A stretch of 64,000 nt of DNA, from the NCBI RefSeq assembly GCF_009914755.1, contig NC_060927.1. One strand, given 5' to 3'. The notes beneath the pieces were generated by a model. That model was not told where the DNA came from. It searched no databases and was given only the letters and a program-made list of their open reading frames with translations. The DNA is from the human T2T-CHM13v2.0 reference genome, Homo sapiens. Position numbers and translations under genes: made by a program. This document shows positions 24,631-37,934 of this stretch, piece by piece (the first letter of the stretch is position 1; each line of letters starts with the position of its first letter).

Positions 24631-25144
24631 TCCCATACATTCTCTTCAGGGAATTTATGGGCAGAGTCAAGATTCAGGAGGTGGTAAGAAAATAGTTTCG
24701 ACCTGAAGTTAGGCATTGGACCAGAGCGAAAAGGAGATGCCAAGAGGCCAGAAGTAGAGTTCAGATCAGACCTGGAATTAAAGATAAGGTGAATTTAAAA
24801 ATTACTAAGACCCTAAGGATCTACACTAGGTAAGAAGAGGGAAAGTGGTGGCAGTGGGGTGGGAGCCAGGTTTTTGTGCACATTTTGCCTTGGGGCCTCA
24901 CCAAAGAGGGGATGTGGGAAGTTTCTCCCACTAGAAGCCTTCCAACCTAATGTAGGAAGATGGATAGAATTAGATTATCACCATTTTGCAACCCCTAATG
25001 AATAATGAACCTAGCCACTGATCATTATGCCAGTTATTAATTTATTGCCTCTCAGCCCCACATCCACCCTTCAGTAACTGCTCTGGGGTAATGGAATGGA
25101 CTCTTCAAGCATTTCCCCTTTACAGTGAGATCGATGTGAAGCTT

Positions 25145-25163
25145 TGTCGGTAGAGGGCGCTGG
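25145..25163 (+). promoter_or_regulatory. CTCF core-motif match inside LTR41
   Basis: tgtcggtagagggcgctgg resembles the CTCF core CC(A/G)(C/G)(C/T)AG(A/G)(G/T)GGC(G/A)C. Confidence 0.6.
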
Positions 25164-25785
25164 AGGGACACTGTAGGAGAAGGGGGGCTTTTCTTCCTGG
25201 TTCCAGGGTACTGACCTTTGTTTTTTGTTGCTCCAGCTGCATGGTCTGTCAACAGTGCGTGTGTGAGTTACCCAGTGGTGCTCTGCCCCAGCCATATACC
25301 CAGAATGTACAGTCCCTCAGTGACCTCAGAGCCCCAGACTCGGCCCAGTGAACCTCACCTCAGTCCTTGGGATGTGGATTAACATCTGCAGTGGAGTCTC
25401 AACTCTTCCTGGGCACTGCTTTCCAGCATCAGCTGGCCTGCACCCCAGGATGTTGTTTCCCTGGGCCCACACAACATGAGCATTGCACACCAGACCCTCC
25501 ACCCATTGCACACATGAGGCCTCACCTCCCAGACTTAACGCACCTGCACTCATTGGTTTCTTTCCTGCTGGCCTGGAGGCTGTGGACCGGCTCTGCCTGG
25601 ACAGCCCAGTGAACTTAACTGCTATCTAGTAGGCCACATGCTTGCCTGCTCCAATAATGTTGGAATCGCAGCCTTGGGGAAGAGCCCACCCCTTCCAGTT
25701 TTGCTTTTCCTTGAGTACTCTCCCCTAGACATAGGGTACTCTTCAGGAGTCTCTTTATGTCTTCATAGGTACTCTCTTATCTTAG

Positions 25786-26164
25786 GGTATTAGTTCATTC
25801 TCACACTGCTAATAAAGACATACCTGAGACTGGGTAATTTATAAATGAAAGAGGTTTAATTGACTCACAGTTCCGCATTGCTGGGGAGGCCTCAGGATTA
25901 TTACAATCACAGTGGAAGGCAAAAGAGAAGCAGGCACCTTCTTCATGGGGTGACAGTACAGAGTGAGTGCAAGCAGGGGAGATGCCAGACGCTTATAAAA
26001 CCATCAGATCTCAAGATAACTCACTCACTATCACAAGAACAGCATGGGGGAAACCACCCCCATGATCCAATTACCTCCACTTGGTCACTGCCTTGACACG
26101 TGGAGATTATGGGGATTACAATTCAAGATGAGATTTTGGGTGGGGACACAGCTAAATCGTATCA
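25786..26164 (-). mobile_element. THE1D MaLR solo LTR
   Basis: Antisense THE1 'ataaagacatacctgagactgggtaatttata...gattacaattcaagatgagattttgggtggggacacag'; 5-bp TSD cttag/cttat. Confidence 0.92.
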
Positions 26165-26249
26165 CTTATCTTAATCGTTCTTTTTATGAAACTTCCAGTA
26201 TTTGAATTAACGAATGGCTTCTGTTTCTTGAGTGGATCCACAACAACAC

Positions 26250-26561
26250 AATCACGAATGGCTGCTAACTTCACAAAGAGCCAGCCAGAACTATGTGGCC
26301 TTGTTGGAAATGTACAACACAATCTTTCAAGTATTCTTGTCAAGACATCAGCCCTGAGTCTGATCAAGCCTTAGATCTAACTAAAAGTATGCAAGAAATA
26401 CACAGGGCATGGAAACATGTTAAATGACACCATGAGTATCATCAGAGAGTCCAGCCTGTGGGAAACTCCATAGGGAAAATAACCAGAATTCTTCAACAAA
26501 TGAGGGAAATAATCTATAAATTCAGAGACTTAAAAGGCACTAATTAAAATCTATGGACCTT
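26250..26561 (+). mobile_element. L1MC4/5-like 3' fragment (other pieces at about 24965-25027 and 28009-28330)
   Basis: 'tctgatcaagccttagatctaact...gaaacatgttaaatgacacc', 'ttcttcaacaaat'. Confidence 0.6.
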
Positions 26562-27990
26562 GCTAAAGGCATCACACTACCTGAATTTAAAACATACTAC
26601 AAAACCAAAACAGCATAGTACTGGCATGAAGACAGACACACAGACCGCTGGAACAGAATAGAGAACCCAGGAATAAATTTACATATTTACAGCTAATTGA
26701 CTTTCAACAAGGCACCAAACATTTACTGAGGAAAGAACAACTGCTTCAATAAATGGTGCTGGGAAAACCGGAGATCCATATGCCAAAAAATGAAACTAGA
26801 CCTCGATCTCTCAACAGACAAAATTCAAATCAAAATGGATTAAAGAGTTAAATGTAAGACTTGAAACTATGAAACTGCTAGAAGAAAATATTGGGGAAAC
26901 TCTACAGGACATTGTTCTGGCCAAAGATTTTCTTGGGTAAGATCTCAAAGCAGAAGCAACCAAAGCAAAAGTAGACAAATGGGATTACATCAAGCTGAAA
27001 GCTTTTGCAGAGCAAGAAAACAACCAATGGAGTGAAGACACAACCTATAGAATGAGAGAAAATATTTGCAAACTATTCATTTGACAAGGGGTTAATAACC
27101 AGAATATATAAGGAGCTCAAACAACTTAATAGCAAAGATATATATATTATTTTAAAAATGAGTGAATCATCCGAATAGATACTTCTAAAAAAAAAATACA
27201 AATGGCAAACAAGTATATGAAAAAAATGCTCAACATCACTAATCATCAGGAAAATGCAAATCAAAACCACAACGGGATATCGTTTCACTTCAGTTAAAAT
27301 AGCTGTTATCAAAAAGATAACAGCTTTTTGATAACAGGAATACTGTTATGGAATACTATTCGGCCATAAAAAGAATAAAATCCTGGCTGGGTGCAATGGC
27401 TCACACCTGTAATCCCAGCTACTTAGGAGGCCGAGGCAGGAGAATTGCTTGACCCTGGGGGCAAAGGTTGCAGTGAGCCAAGATTGTGCCACTGCACTCC
27501 AGTCTGGGCGACAGGGCAAGACTGTGTCTCAAAATAAATAAATAAATAAATAAAAGAATAAAATCCTGTCACTTGAAACAACATAGATGGAGCTGAAAGT
27601 CATTATGTTAAGTGAAATAAGCCAGTCAAGGAGCTAATCAGGTGGTTCTTATGGAGGTAGAGAGTAGAAAGATTATCAGAGGCTTGAAAGACTGGGGGAG
27701 CAGAGGATGAAGAGAGGTTGGTTAATGGGTGAAAAATATACAGTTAGAAGGAATAAGTACTAGTTTTTGATATCACAGCAGGATGACTATAGTTAACAAT
27801 CATTTATTGTATATTTCAAAATAACTAGAAGAGAAGATTTGCAATGTTCCCAACACAAAGAAGTGATAAATATTTGAGATGATGAATATTCTAAATAACC
27901 TGATTTGATCATTACACATTATATGCATGTATCAAAATGTCACATGTAGCCTATGAATATGTACTGTTGTTACATATCAATAACAAATGA
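26562..27990 (+). mobile_element. 5'-truncated L1MA (MA4/MA5-like): ORF2 end plus 3' UTR, with an internal deletion and an Alu insert
   Basis: 'ggcatcacactacctga', 'caataaatggtgctgggaaaac', L1MA-type 3' UTR; candidate TSD aaaatctatggacctt (26546-61) and aaaacttatggtcctt (27993-28008). Confidence 0.92.
27385..27551 (+). mobile_element. Monomeric Alu (left-arm start fused to an S-type right arm)
   Basis: About 165 bp with a (TAAA)n tail; perfect 16-bp TSD aaaagaataaaatcct at 27369-84 and 27552-67. Confidence 0.93.
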
Positions 27991-28515
27991 ATAAAACTTA
28001 TGGTCCTTAGATCTTGATTCAAACAAATTTTTTGAAAAAGATTTATGAGGCAATGGAAAAAATGTAAACACTGGCTAAATATTTGGTGATATCAAGGCAA
28101 TTATTTTTAAAAATGTAAGAGCTAATGGAGAAAATATGAACACTGAATATTTACATTAAGAGAGTTATCTTTCTAAGTGATGATAAGATTGTAGATATTT
28201 TTAAGAGTTTTAGTCTTTTACATTTACTTAGTAAAATATTAACAAATGAAATAATGTAATAGGGATTTGCTTCAAAATAATCCTTGCCTGGGATAGAAAT
28301 AGGTGGGAGAATATATTGGCCATGAGTAGATATATTGAAGCCAGATGGTGAATACATGGATTTTTTTTTTAAATTTTGATGCTCTTACAAACTGACTAAA
28401 AAAAAAAAAAAAAAAAACAAAAAGCAACCTAACTGAAAAATGAGCAAATGAGCAAAGGGCATAAATAGGTAATTCAAAACACATGTGTAAAAGTGCTCAA
28501 CCTAGCTAGCAATAA

Positions 28516-28874
<359 letters not shown>

Positions 28875-28889
28875 ATTGATGGACAATTT

Positions 28890-29260
28890 GACAAAAATTT
28901 TTCAAAAGGTAAAATTTGCATTTTCCTAAACCCAACAGTTTAGCTTCTAGATACCTATATTAGAGAAACTGTCAAATATGTAGACAAAAATATGAGCTTA
29001 TTGCAGCATTTTTTAGAGTAGTGAAACTTTACAGGCAAACTAAATATCCATCAATGGAGGAGTGGTTCACAAAAAGAAGTAAACAAAACATGGTGTATTC
29101 ACACAATGGATCTTTTGCAGCAGTTAAAAAGAAACTGTATGCGGGCCAACGTGGTAAAGAATCCAAGATATTGTTCGGTGGAAAAAGCATGTTGCAGAGT
29201 AATATGTTCTGTTTGATCCCTTTTCTGTAAAAATAAAACTAAAACATGTAGAATAAACCC
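28890..29260 (+). mobile_element. L1ME fragment
   Basis: 'ttattgcagcatt...aactaaatatccatcaatggaggagtgg...atggtgtattcacacaatgga'. Confidence 0.65.
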
Positions 29261-29753
29261 CTCTAAAAATGAGATATTTGTAATATGTATACATAATTTT
29301 GTGTGGCTATACATATACCATACACTATGTAATTCTGCTTTATTTTTCATAAGAATATATTCATACTGCTTGTATAATTTTCTTTTACTTTGTGTTTACT
29401 GAATTTTGTAACAAATAAATCATTAGTAATTTGTCCAAGAACAGTTTCCAAAGCATGGCAGAAGGCCAGCTGTGATGAACTGAGGTCCCTACCTGACCTG
29501 ACCAGCCTGGCCTTGTTAGTATACTGGTAACCAGACAAGATTTAAGATATAAAAGCCTCAAATATTTAAAAGGATTTTCTCAGAAAAAGGAGGGTTTCCT
29601 CAAATGCTTCTTGCCATCAGATTGTAGGGCCAGAAGGATTTTAGAGGCCAATTGGTCCAATTGCTGACTTTTAAGGAAGCTAAAGTTGAGGTCCAGAGAA
29701 GCTAGTTTTCTAAGTCCCCCAGACTATTTGGCATTTTTTTTTAAAGGTCTCTT

Positions 29754-30167
<414 letters not shown>

Positions 30168-31999
30168 CTAGGGATTTATGTGTTCAAGACAAGCATCTAC
30201 ATGAGAATTCCTGCAAAGTTGCTGACAGTCATGTATGAGTGACAGGCATCAGCAATCATCCACCACCGGAATCAGGAAAATGAATCATCCCAGGCTTTGT
30301 TCTTTGTAGAACAGTGCATTTTCCTCTGGCCTCCCCTCTTCTATATCAGGGGATTGTTTCAACTGCAGTCACTGGGCTGAAGGACCCACTAAATTTGGCC
30401 TGATTCCTGTCTTGGCAGGCTGCCGTGGCAAGGATGATGGAGAAGTGTTTACAAGTGTCAGATCCCAGGAACATTTTCTTTGTTCCGTCTGACAAAGCCC
30501 AGAGTCAGATAGGCAGAGTGGTGAAAAGAGCTCTGGGCAAGCAGTCAGCCAGCCTGGGGTTTGGTCTTGGTTCCATCACGAACCCAGCTGTGTGAGCTTG
30601 AGCCAGTCATTTGAGGTTTTCTGAACATGCAAAGTAAATGGGCTAGCTGTGATTCCCTCAGCCCTTGTGTCTAGGGAAATTGTTTTGGAATGAAAGTAGC
30701 TTTTGGCCTGAGTACCCATTTTCAGAATATATTCTCTGAAGCAGAGTGAGAAAGAAGTGCAAGGTCATAGCTATGATTGGCATAGAACTGAGGCCAGATA
30801 CTAACAAAGAAAAAAGTCGACACTGACATGCCATCTCCAGGGAGAACAAATAGATTCATCCTTGAAGCCAACTATTGTGGTGGCTGCCTGGAGTACTGTG
30901 TTGGAAAGGATTTGAGCTAAACCTAAGCTCAAAGGAGTTCTGTGATCCACTAATAATGTCTGCTACAGGTAAGGGAGCTAGAACAAGGTAAGGGTACACC
31001 AGATTTTTGCTACTCCTGCACCCAGTTACCACATTTAGGTTCCTATAGCCATGAACCCATGAATCTAATGCAAAGTAGGAAATTGCATGTGATGAAATCT
31101 CTATAAAGAAAATTTCAGGAAGCAGGCTTATTTAGGATATAATTAACAAGTAAGACAGCAGCAAATCGGGATGCCTGAATTCTGTTCTTTGGACCATCAT
31201 TGGATAATAATCTTGGACAAACCAACAACATGTTGGCATCCCTACATTCTGGCTCTGTTATGGCCTGAGGCATGGTAAGGAAGGCACTGAAGGGTCTTTG
31301 CAAGTTGGGGTGGTATACGGACAAGCCCTGGTGATCCTGTAGCCACAGAAAGTGCTTCTCAGGGGCAGTTTGGTGCAGTTTGGTCTTATTTTAATTAATG
31401 CTGTAATTTTATGGGATTTTAAAAACATATAGTGAATTATATACTTTCCACTGTGATATGTTAAAAAGGGCAGCAAAAAGTAATCAAAAGAAAATTACCT
31501 ATATTCTTATCATTCAGATCCAACATTTGACACCTTGTATTTCCTGGATACAAAGATAATTTGATGTAAATGTTTTCCTTCATAAGTAGTAAATGTACTT
31601 TTTTTCTCTCATGTTAGGAAAGTAAATCACAAACCAGAACTGGGATACATAAAAAATTCACAGAAATAATTATAATTTAATAAAATTAATTTATGACTAC
31701 ATGTCATTATTACTGAGTGGTGAGCCAGGGCCAGATTAAGGTAATGCTCTTCATGCCATCGTCACTTCTAAGTTTGCGTATACAGTTGAGGCAAACCAGG
31801 GTCCTTTTTGAAATGACGTGCAAAAATGAGTAAGGACCAGAAACTAACAGTAAAGATACATAAACTGTTTTTAAAAAATTGGGTTTAACATTGCTACATC
31901 ATCTATTCAATAAAATAAAATAAAAATCACTTGCAAATGCAAAGGCAAGTCATAGGATTCCTTTCAAAGGGCGAGGGATGGAGCAGTGTTGTATTCTGT

Positions 32000-32170
32000 A
32001 CTGGTTAAGCCTAGTGGCTCTGAAGTTAGACTGGCTGGAATGCTGGCTTCCCCAACTAATGAGGATAATAGTGCTACCAACCTCATAGGATGGTTGTGAG
32101 GAGTAATTGGATTAGCACGTCTTTGGACTGTGCCTAGCACATAGTAAGGACTCATTAAATCTTGCTATTA
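32000..32170 (+). mobile_element. MIR
   Basis: 'cctcataggatggttgtgagga...gtgcctagcacatagtaaggactcattaaat'. Confidence 0.75.
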
Positions 32171-34261
32171 AGATGCACCCTTTTGGGCCAAACGTGATGA
32201 AGATCATTACTGTCTCATGGTCTTACCCTTTTCATCCCAGTGTGCCATTTTGACTTAAGTTAGATGAGTCTAACACAAATTCATTTATTTATGGTTCAGA
32301 TGTTACAGGCGATCACTCATGAAAACCCTTTGTGGGAAGTCTTTGGGAGTGGAGAAATCTGAGGCTCCAGGACTTGAAAATCATTTGCCCAATATTATGG
32401 AGCTCACGAGTGGAGAGATCTGAATCTATCACATTCCTCCTTGCTCCCTCCGTTTTGTCCCTTTCTTCTCCTTTCTCAGCATCACTGAGGTGCACCCAAT
32501 CTGCCTTTGCCCATGCTGTTCCTGGGGTGTCCATTGCTCCCCACTGCTCATATAAACCCCTGTGTGGTATGAATGCAATAGGAAAGGAGAGAAGGGAGCA
32601 ACCAGCACAGGCTGAAATCATGAAGACATGAAAGGAGGTGTAAGCTGGACCTTGGAGGATGTGTGGGATGTAGGATTTGGCTAAGTGTAAAGTGGAGAAA
32701 TTGGGCTTGGAGTTGAAGAGGGATGGGAAGAGTTGATGGATGCCAGCAGTGACCAAAATAGGCCGTTGATGTGTAGAAGGTGGGATGTTAACTTGGCTAC
32801 ACAAGTCTAGGTCTTATTATGGAAAAACAAATGATGTGCCTGCCCTCAAGGAATTATCTAACTGGGGACTTAGAAACAAAAAAAAAATAATAATTTCTCT
32901 TTAATAATTCCTCATGCCCAGGCACAATACTGGGCACAGCATAGTTTCCAAAATTCAATACCAGACTGATTGGCTGCCATTCTTCTTAACTCAGTTGAGA
33001 GACTCCAAAACTTTCCATCTGCTGGCTCCTTCTTTGTATACTAAGGCCACATTTTCCATTTGCCTTCAAACAGTTTAACATTTTTGCTGCATTACTGAGG
33101 CCATTTTAATTTATCACTTTGTTTTAAAGCACTGCACCATCCAAAAATAGCACAAAATTACTCATTCTATTCAAGGGTAGATGGTACTGCAGCCTTATAT
33201 GAGACATGTAATCTTTCACTGATTGGGCCAGTGTGAACACAGGCCTGGTTTTCAGAGTTCTAACAGTCCCGGATGGGAGCTGCTTGTTTTTTTGAAGCAA
33301 GTTTTAAGCTTTTTTGCCACCAGAGCCACTGAAGAATGCCTGACCAGCCACAGAGAGAAGCTATGCAGCTGGGTTCTGAATTCCTTCCTTGTCTAGAGAT
33401 CCAGGCAGGCTGAAATATTTTAGAAAGAGTTGACTTACCAAACTTTCTTTCTCCTGGTTTTCCATAATGTCATTTCATGTACCTATTTTTAAAATGTTTA
33501 GTTTTACATTGGATTTTGTGTTTTAAGCCTATAAAAAACTTGATTTAGGATTTCACTGGAGCCTGGCAGAATAATTTAAAGGGAGAATTTCTTGAGAAAT
33601 GGAAATCAGTACTGGTTTTTCCAAAAGTTTTGTTGAGATTATTTGTGATTGCTCTTATTTTTATAGTGAGTACAGCCCCTCCTTCCCCTTGCCTTCTGCC
33701 TCCCTTTTGTATGCACAAGACAGCCTCATTCTGGTGGCCTGTCTTGAAAATCACCATAATGGAATATATATGAGGATTAGGCACAGAAATGTCAGGCCTT
33801 ATTAAATTTCAGTAGTCAAACTCGCTTTTGTGTTTCCCATTACCTCTCTGGTCTCTGAGACTTTCCAGAGAGGAATAACTCTCCATGTCCCATAGGAATT
33901 GTACCCCCTCCCCCAGTTTTAGCAGAACCTTGCCTGTTGTCAGTCATTATTGGAAGACTATGATGTTTTCCACTTTCATTGACTTTTAAAAAATTCTCTT
34001 GCAAAGAAGACCTTTGGGTGATTCATGCAATCAAATTCTGTTAGGGAGGAGAAAGTCTAGCTGTCAGTGGTATTATTAAATGCCCGGTGTAAAACCACGG
34101 AATCTGGGCATTCATACCCCCTCTCCCCAAGGAGCTCAGTGAGCTTTGGATGCATTACTTTCCTTTATTCATCCTCACAAGGGAACTCGAAGAGGAAGAG
34201 GGGGGCCAGGCTTCTTTAAACAATCTTCCTAGCATTTGTAGCTGCTGTAGTATACGTGGTA

Positions 34262-34551
34262 CGATAGTTCCCCCACCGTAATCCACAGTTTTGCTTTCTG
34301 TGGTTTCAGTTACCTGCAGGACAGTATTATAAGATATTTTAAGAAACAGAGAGAGACCACATACACATAAATTTTATTAGAGTATATTGTTATAATCGTT
34401 CTATTTTATAGTTATTGCTGCCAATCTCTTACTGTGCCTAGTGTTTAAATTAAACTTTATCATAGGTATGTATAGGAAAATATATAGTCTGTATAAAGTT
34501 CTGTACTATCTGCAGTTTCAGGCATACCCCTGCAGATAATGGGGGCTACTG
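34262..34551 (+). mobile_element. MER44A (Tigger7-derived MITE)
   Basis: TA-flanked; degenerate TIRs 'cgatagttccccc' and 'gggggctactg'; internal 'tctcttactgtgccta...ttaaactttatcataggtatgtatagg'. Confidence 0.9.
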
Positions 34552-35865
34552 TATATACATTGTTTTTCACTCTAGGTGCCTCCAACTAAGTAGAAGTGTG
34601 GAGACTCGACAAGGTTTAGAAGGAACCTAAAATAGCTATTAAAGGTAGAGCCACCAGATCAGCGCAGCTGTCAGGGTTTGAAGGCACCCCTGCTTTTGGA
34701 GTTGGCAAAGACCTAAGGAATCCACCGCAAGGAGAGAAGGAGGGGGCATGGACACACACAGGTGATTTAGGAGCCTGAGGATACACCTCACTCCCAGGCA
34801 AGCTCTCCCACCCTCTGCCGCCAAGGAGAGTGCTGGCACATCTCTCTGGCAGTCTTCCACCTGAAAGAGCTAATCTGCCAGTCATCGCACACTCATCTTC
34901 CTGTGGGCTGCCAGGAAGAATCTGGGTCAGTGGGAGTTTACAGCTGTAGGAGCAGCCAGACCAGGTCATGAACTATGGTTCATCTACTTTGCAGAAAAGA
35001 TTTAATGAATCCTTTAAGGCTATGTTGCCTCTCCCAGGGGTATTTGCATTTATAAAAGAACCAATGAATAAAACCATTATTTTATATGGGAAATTGGCAA
35101 ATCAAGTGGAGGAGGCATTTAAGGCCTAGTAGATCCCTCACCTAGCCATAGATTATACCAGAAGTGTGGTCGATAACTACTGTACCTATTCAACATGCAG
35201 GGCATAGGAACAGCATGGAGACTGGCACGGAGGAGGGCTGAATTCCCAGAGGGCTGCCGCCAACTCAACAGTGAGGGGCTCAGACCCTTCACCTCTGTGG
35301 GTGTCAGTGTGCTTCTCTGTAGAATGAAGGGTAGGAAGAAGAACCAGTCCACACCGCTCCTTCCACTACCTCCTTTCCTCATCCCTCTTCCTTCTCTTTC
35401 ACTGTTGGGGCGGCTGTGTGGATATCAGAGTTCAGCTGTACAAGCCGGAGTGGGAAGTTTTGGCTGATTGCCAGTTTTCTTCAGAATTTCTCTACAAGTT
35501 GAGTTAGGGAGCAGCAAGCTGGTGGCAGGGTGGAACCAGTGTTTGTTGTGCTTTCCATAAAATGAGATCCATCTCTTCCAAGCCACCCTTTTCTCCAGTA
35601 CTGACTAGCTGATCTCCAAGATACCTGATGGTCTAGTTTCAGGATTAGCCCTGTGGTCTGACCCGCTGGCTACTCCAGATGGAACTGTCTCCGGGCTCTT
35701 CTGTGTGCTTAGCCTTCCCTCTGGGCAGAAATGCACCAGGGAAAGGACATAACGAAACTGGTTTTATCAGAACAGCCTGCCTGAGAGAGATCAAGCAGGG
35801 CACAGGTAAAAATGTTAATAAAAATTAAAAATAGAACCTGCAGAACAGGTATTGCTCTTTTTCAG

Positions 35866-37410
35866 TTGGCAGAAGCCTGCTGCCAATATCAGAGTGATCC
35901 CTACCAATGTGATGAGTGTGGGGAAGGCCATAGAAAGGACCGGCGAATGCTGGCATTGATGTGTGTTATTTTAACATTTCTGAAATCCTGTTCTTAGTCT
36001 GCACACCTTGTCCGAGGCTCCGATGTTATCCAGGTGATTCATCATTTAATGCTGTTGGCTTCAACATGGATTTAATGGTAACTAAACCAAGTGCACACTA
36101 TGTGAAGATCTATTCACTTGGAGGTCCTTCATTTCAGGTCACCAGGTATGCCCCTGGGCTCCTGCCGCAGCTGATCGGGTGCTAGGTGCTGAGGATACAC
36201 GGTGAGTTCCTTCTCTCCCCTCAGGGGCCGGTGTCTGGATGGGTAACTTTAATATGATGTCGGATACAGAGAGGGCCAAAAGAACATGAAGGAAGGCCCT
36301 TGACCTCCCAGGTGGTGAGCTGGAGACCTTGGGGAGATGGAGTGAGGTGCAATTTGCAGGAAGAAAGGAGTTACCCAGGTGAGCGGGAGGAAGGCAATGG
36401 CATTCCCAGTAGAGGGAGCTCTCTTTTTGTATATTGTGGACAGGAAGGAAGTGGGAGGTGGAAGGTGGGAAGAAGGTGGTCAGAAGGAAGAAAAGGAATT
36501 GCATTCTCTCCCTTTCCTACCCATCTGCACTCTTATTGCTGCAGAAATAGAGAGAGAAAATCCACATCTAGGGATGGTTTTTATCAGCTTAAAGGAGGTA
36601 GAATAAATTTGGATTACTGTTTCTAATAGCAACAAAACAAACAAATCAGAAAACCCAAGCTGCATGCAACCTGAATGTCTATCCATAGACATTGCTTAAA
36701 CAAACCCAGTACATTCATATATATTATGGAATAATATGTAGTTTTTTAAAAAAAAATAAGATAGCTTTATATGTAGAGAGATATCCAAGAAATATTAGTA
36801 AATAAAAAAGCAAGTCATAGGAAAATATATATAGTGTATACGTTCCCATTTATGTAAAGAAATATATGCATCTTGCTTGCGGTCATGTATTTTTGTGCAT
36901 CTATATACATGCACATATATAAACACATAGAAAAAGGGTCTGGAAAGATTCTTAACTTCTGGGGAGGGAAGTGGGATTGGAGGATGGCAAAGAAGGACTT
37001 TCACTTTCTGCTCAGTTTGCTTCTATATTGTTTATATTTTTACCCGAGAATATATTACTGAGGTAATTTTTTTTTTTTTTTAGTCTGGGAGAAAGCAATT
37101 GGAAGAAATGCAAAGCTCTTCAAAGGAGACCTATAAAGTCATCTTTGTTTTGTTCATTCTTCTCATGTTTCTGCATTCTGGGCATTCTCCTAAATTGGGG
37201 AGAAACCAAAATGCCCAGAAGTCAAATTCTGCAACTGTCATCAAGCAAAATGTCAAATGAGAGAACCAAAGTATGCTGGATTCTATATTGTTAGGAAGGG
37301 ATGGTTAATTTGATTGACTCTTGGGAGCTATTTTTCTAGCATTAAGTAATTCTAGGGAACCCTTCTGTGATCATCTCTGAGTAAATAAAGAAGTGAAATT
37401 GCAATTCAAA
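35866..37410 (+). ncRNA. Candidate 3' end of a spliced lncRNA: exons about 35866-36033, 36138-36201 and 37084-~37410 (tentatively LINC00881-like; identity unverified)
   Basis: Acceptors ctctttttcAG|35866, ttcatttcAG|36138, poly-T-AG|37084; donors CAG|GTGATT and ACG|GTGAGT; AATAAA at 37384-89; no ORF of note in the ORF track. Confidence 0.5.
36630..37060 (+). mobile_element. L1ME 3' end fragment
   Basis: 'caacctgaatgtctatccatag', 'ttagtaaataaaaaagcaagt', 'atagaaaaagggtctggaaagat'. Confidence 0.65.
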
Positions 37411-37530
37411 TAAGGAATCAACTTTAATGCTCTCATAGAGAATATAAGCCAAATTACAGTGTGAATTTAAATTGTAATATGTCAGAGGCACATTATCTCA
37501 ATGGCAATATTTTCTAAAATGTCTCTTCTT

Positions 37531-37934
<404 letters not shown>

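Larger units (their letters stand above)
25028..26249 (+). mobile_element. LTR41-family ERVL solo LTR, split by a THE1D insertion
   Basis: 5' end 'tgccagttattaatttattgcctctcagccccacatccacccttc', core 'gtcggtagagggcgctggagggacactg'; 3' end resumes at 26165. Confidence 0.8.

Noticed and set aside
26562-27360. L1 ORF2-like coding sequence
   Set aside because: 5'-truncated and internally deleted, with no long plus-strand ORF in the track; the listed ORF is antisense
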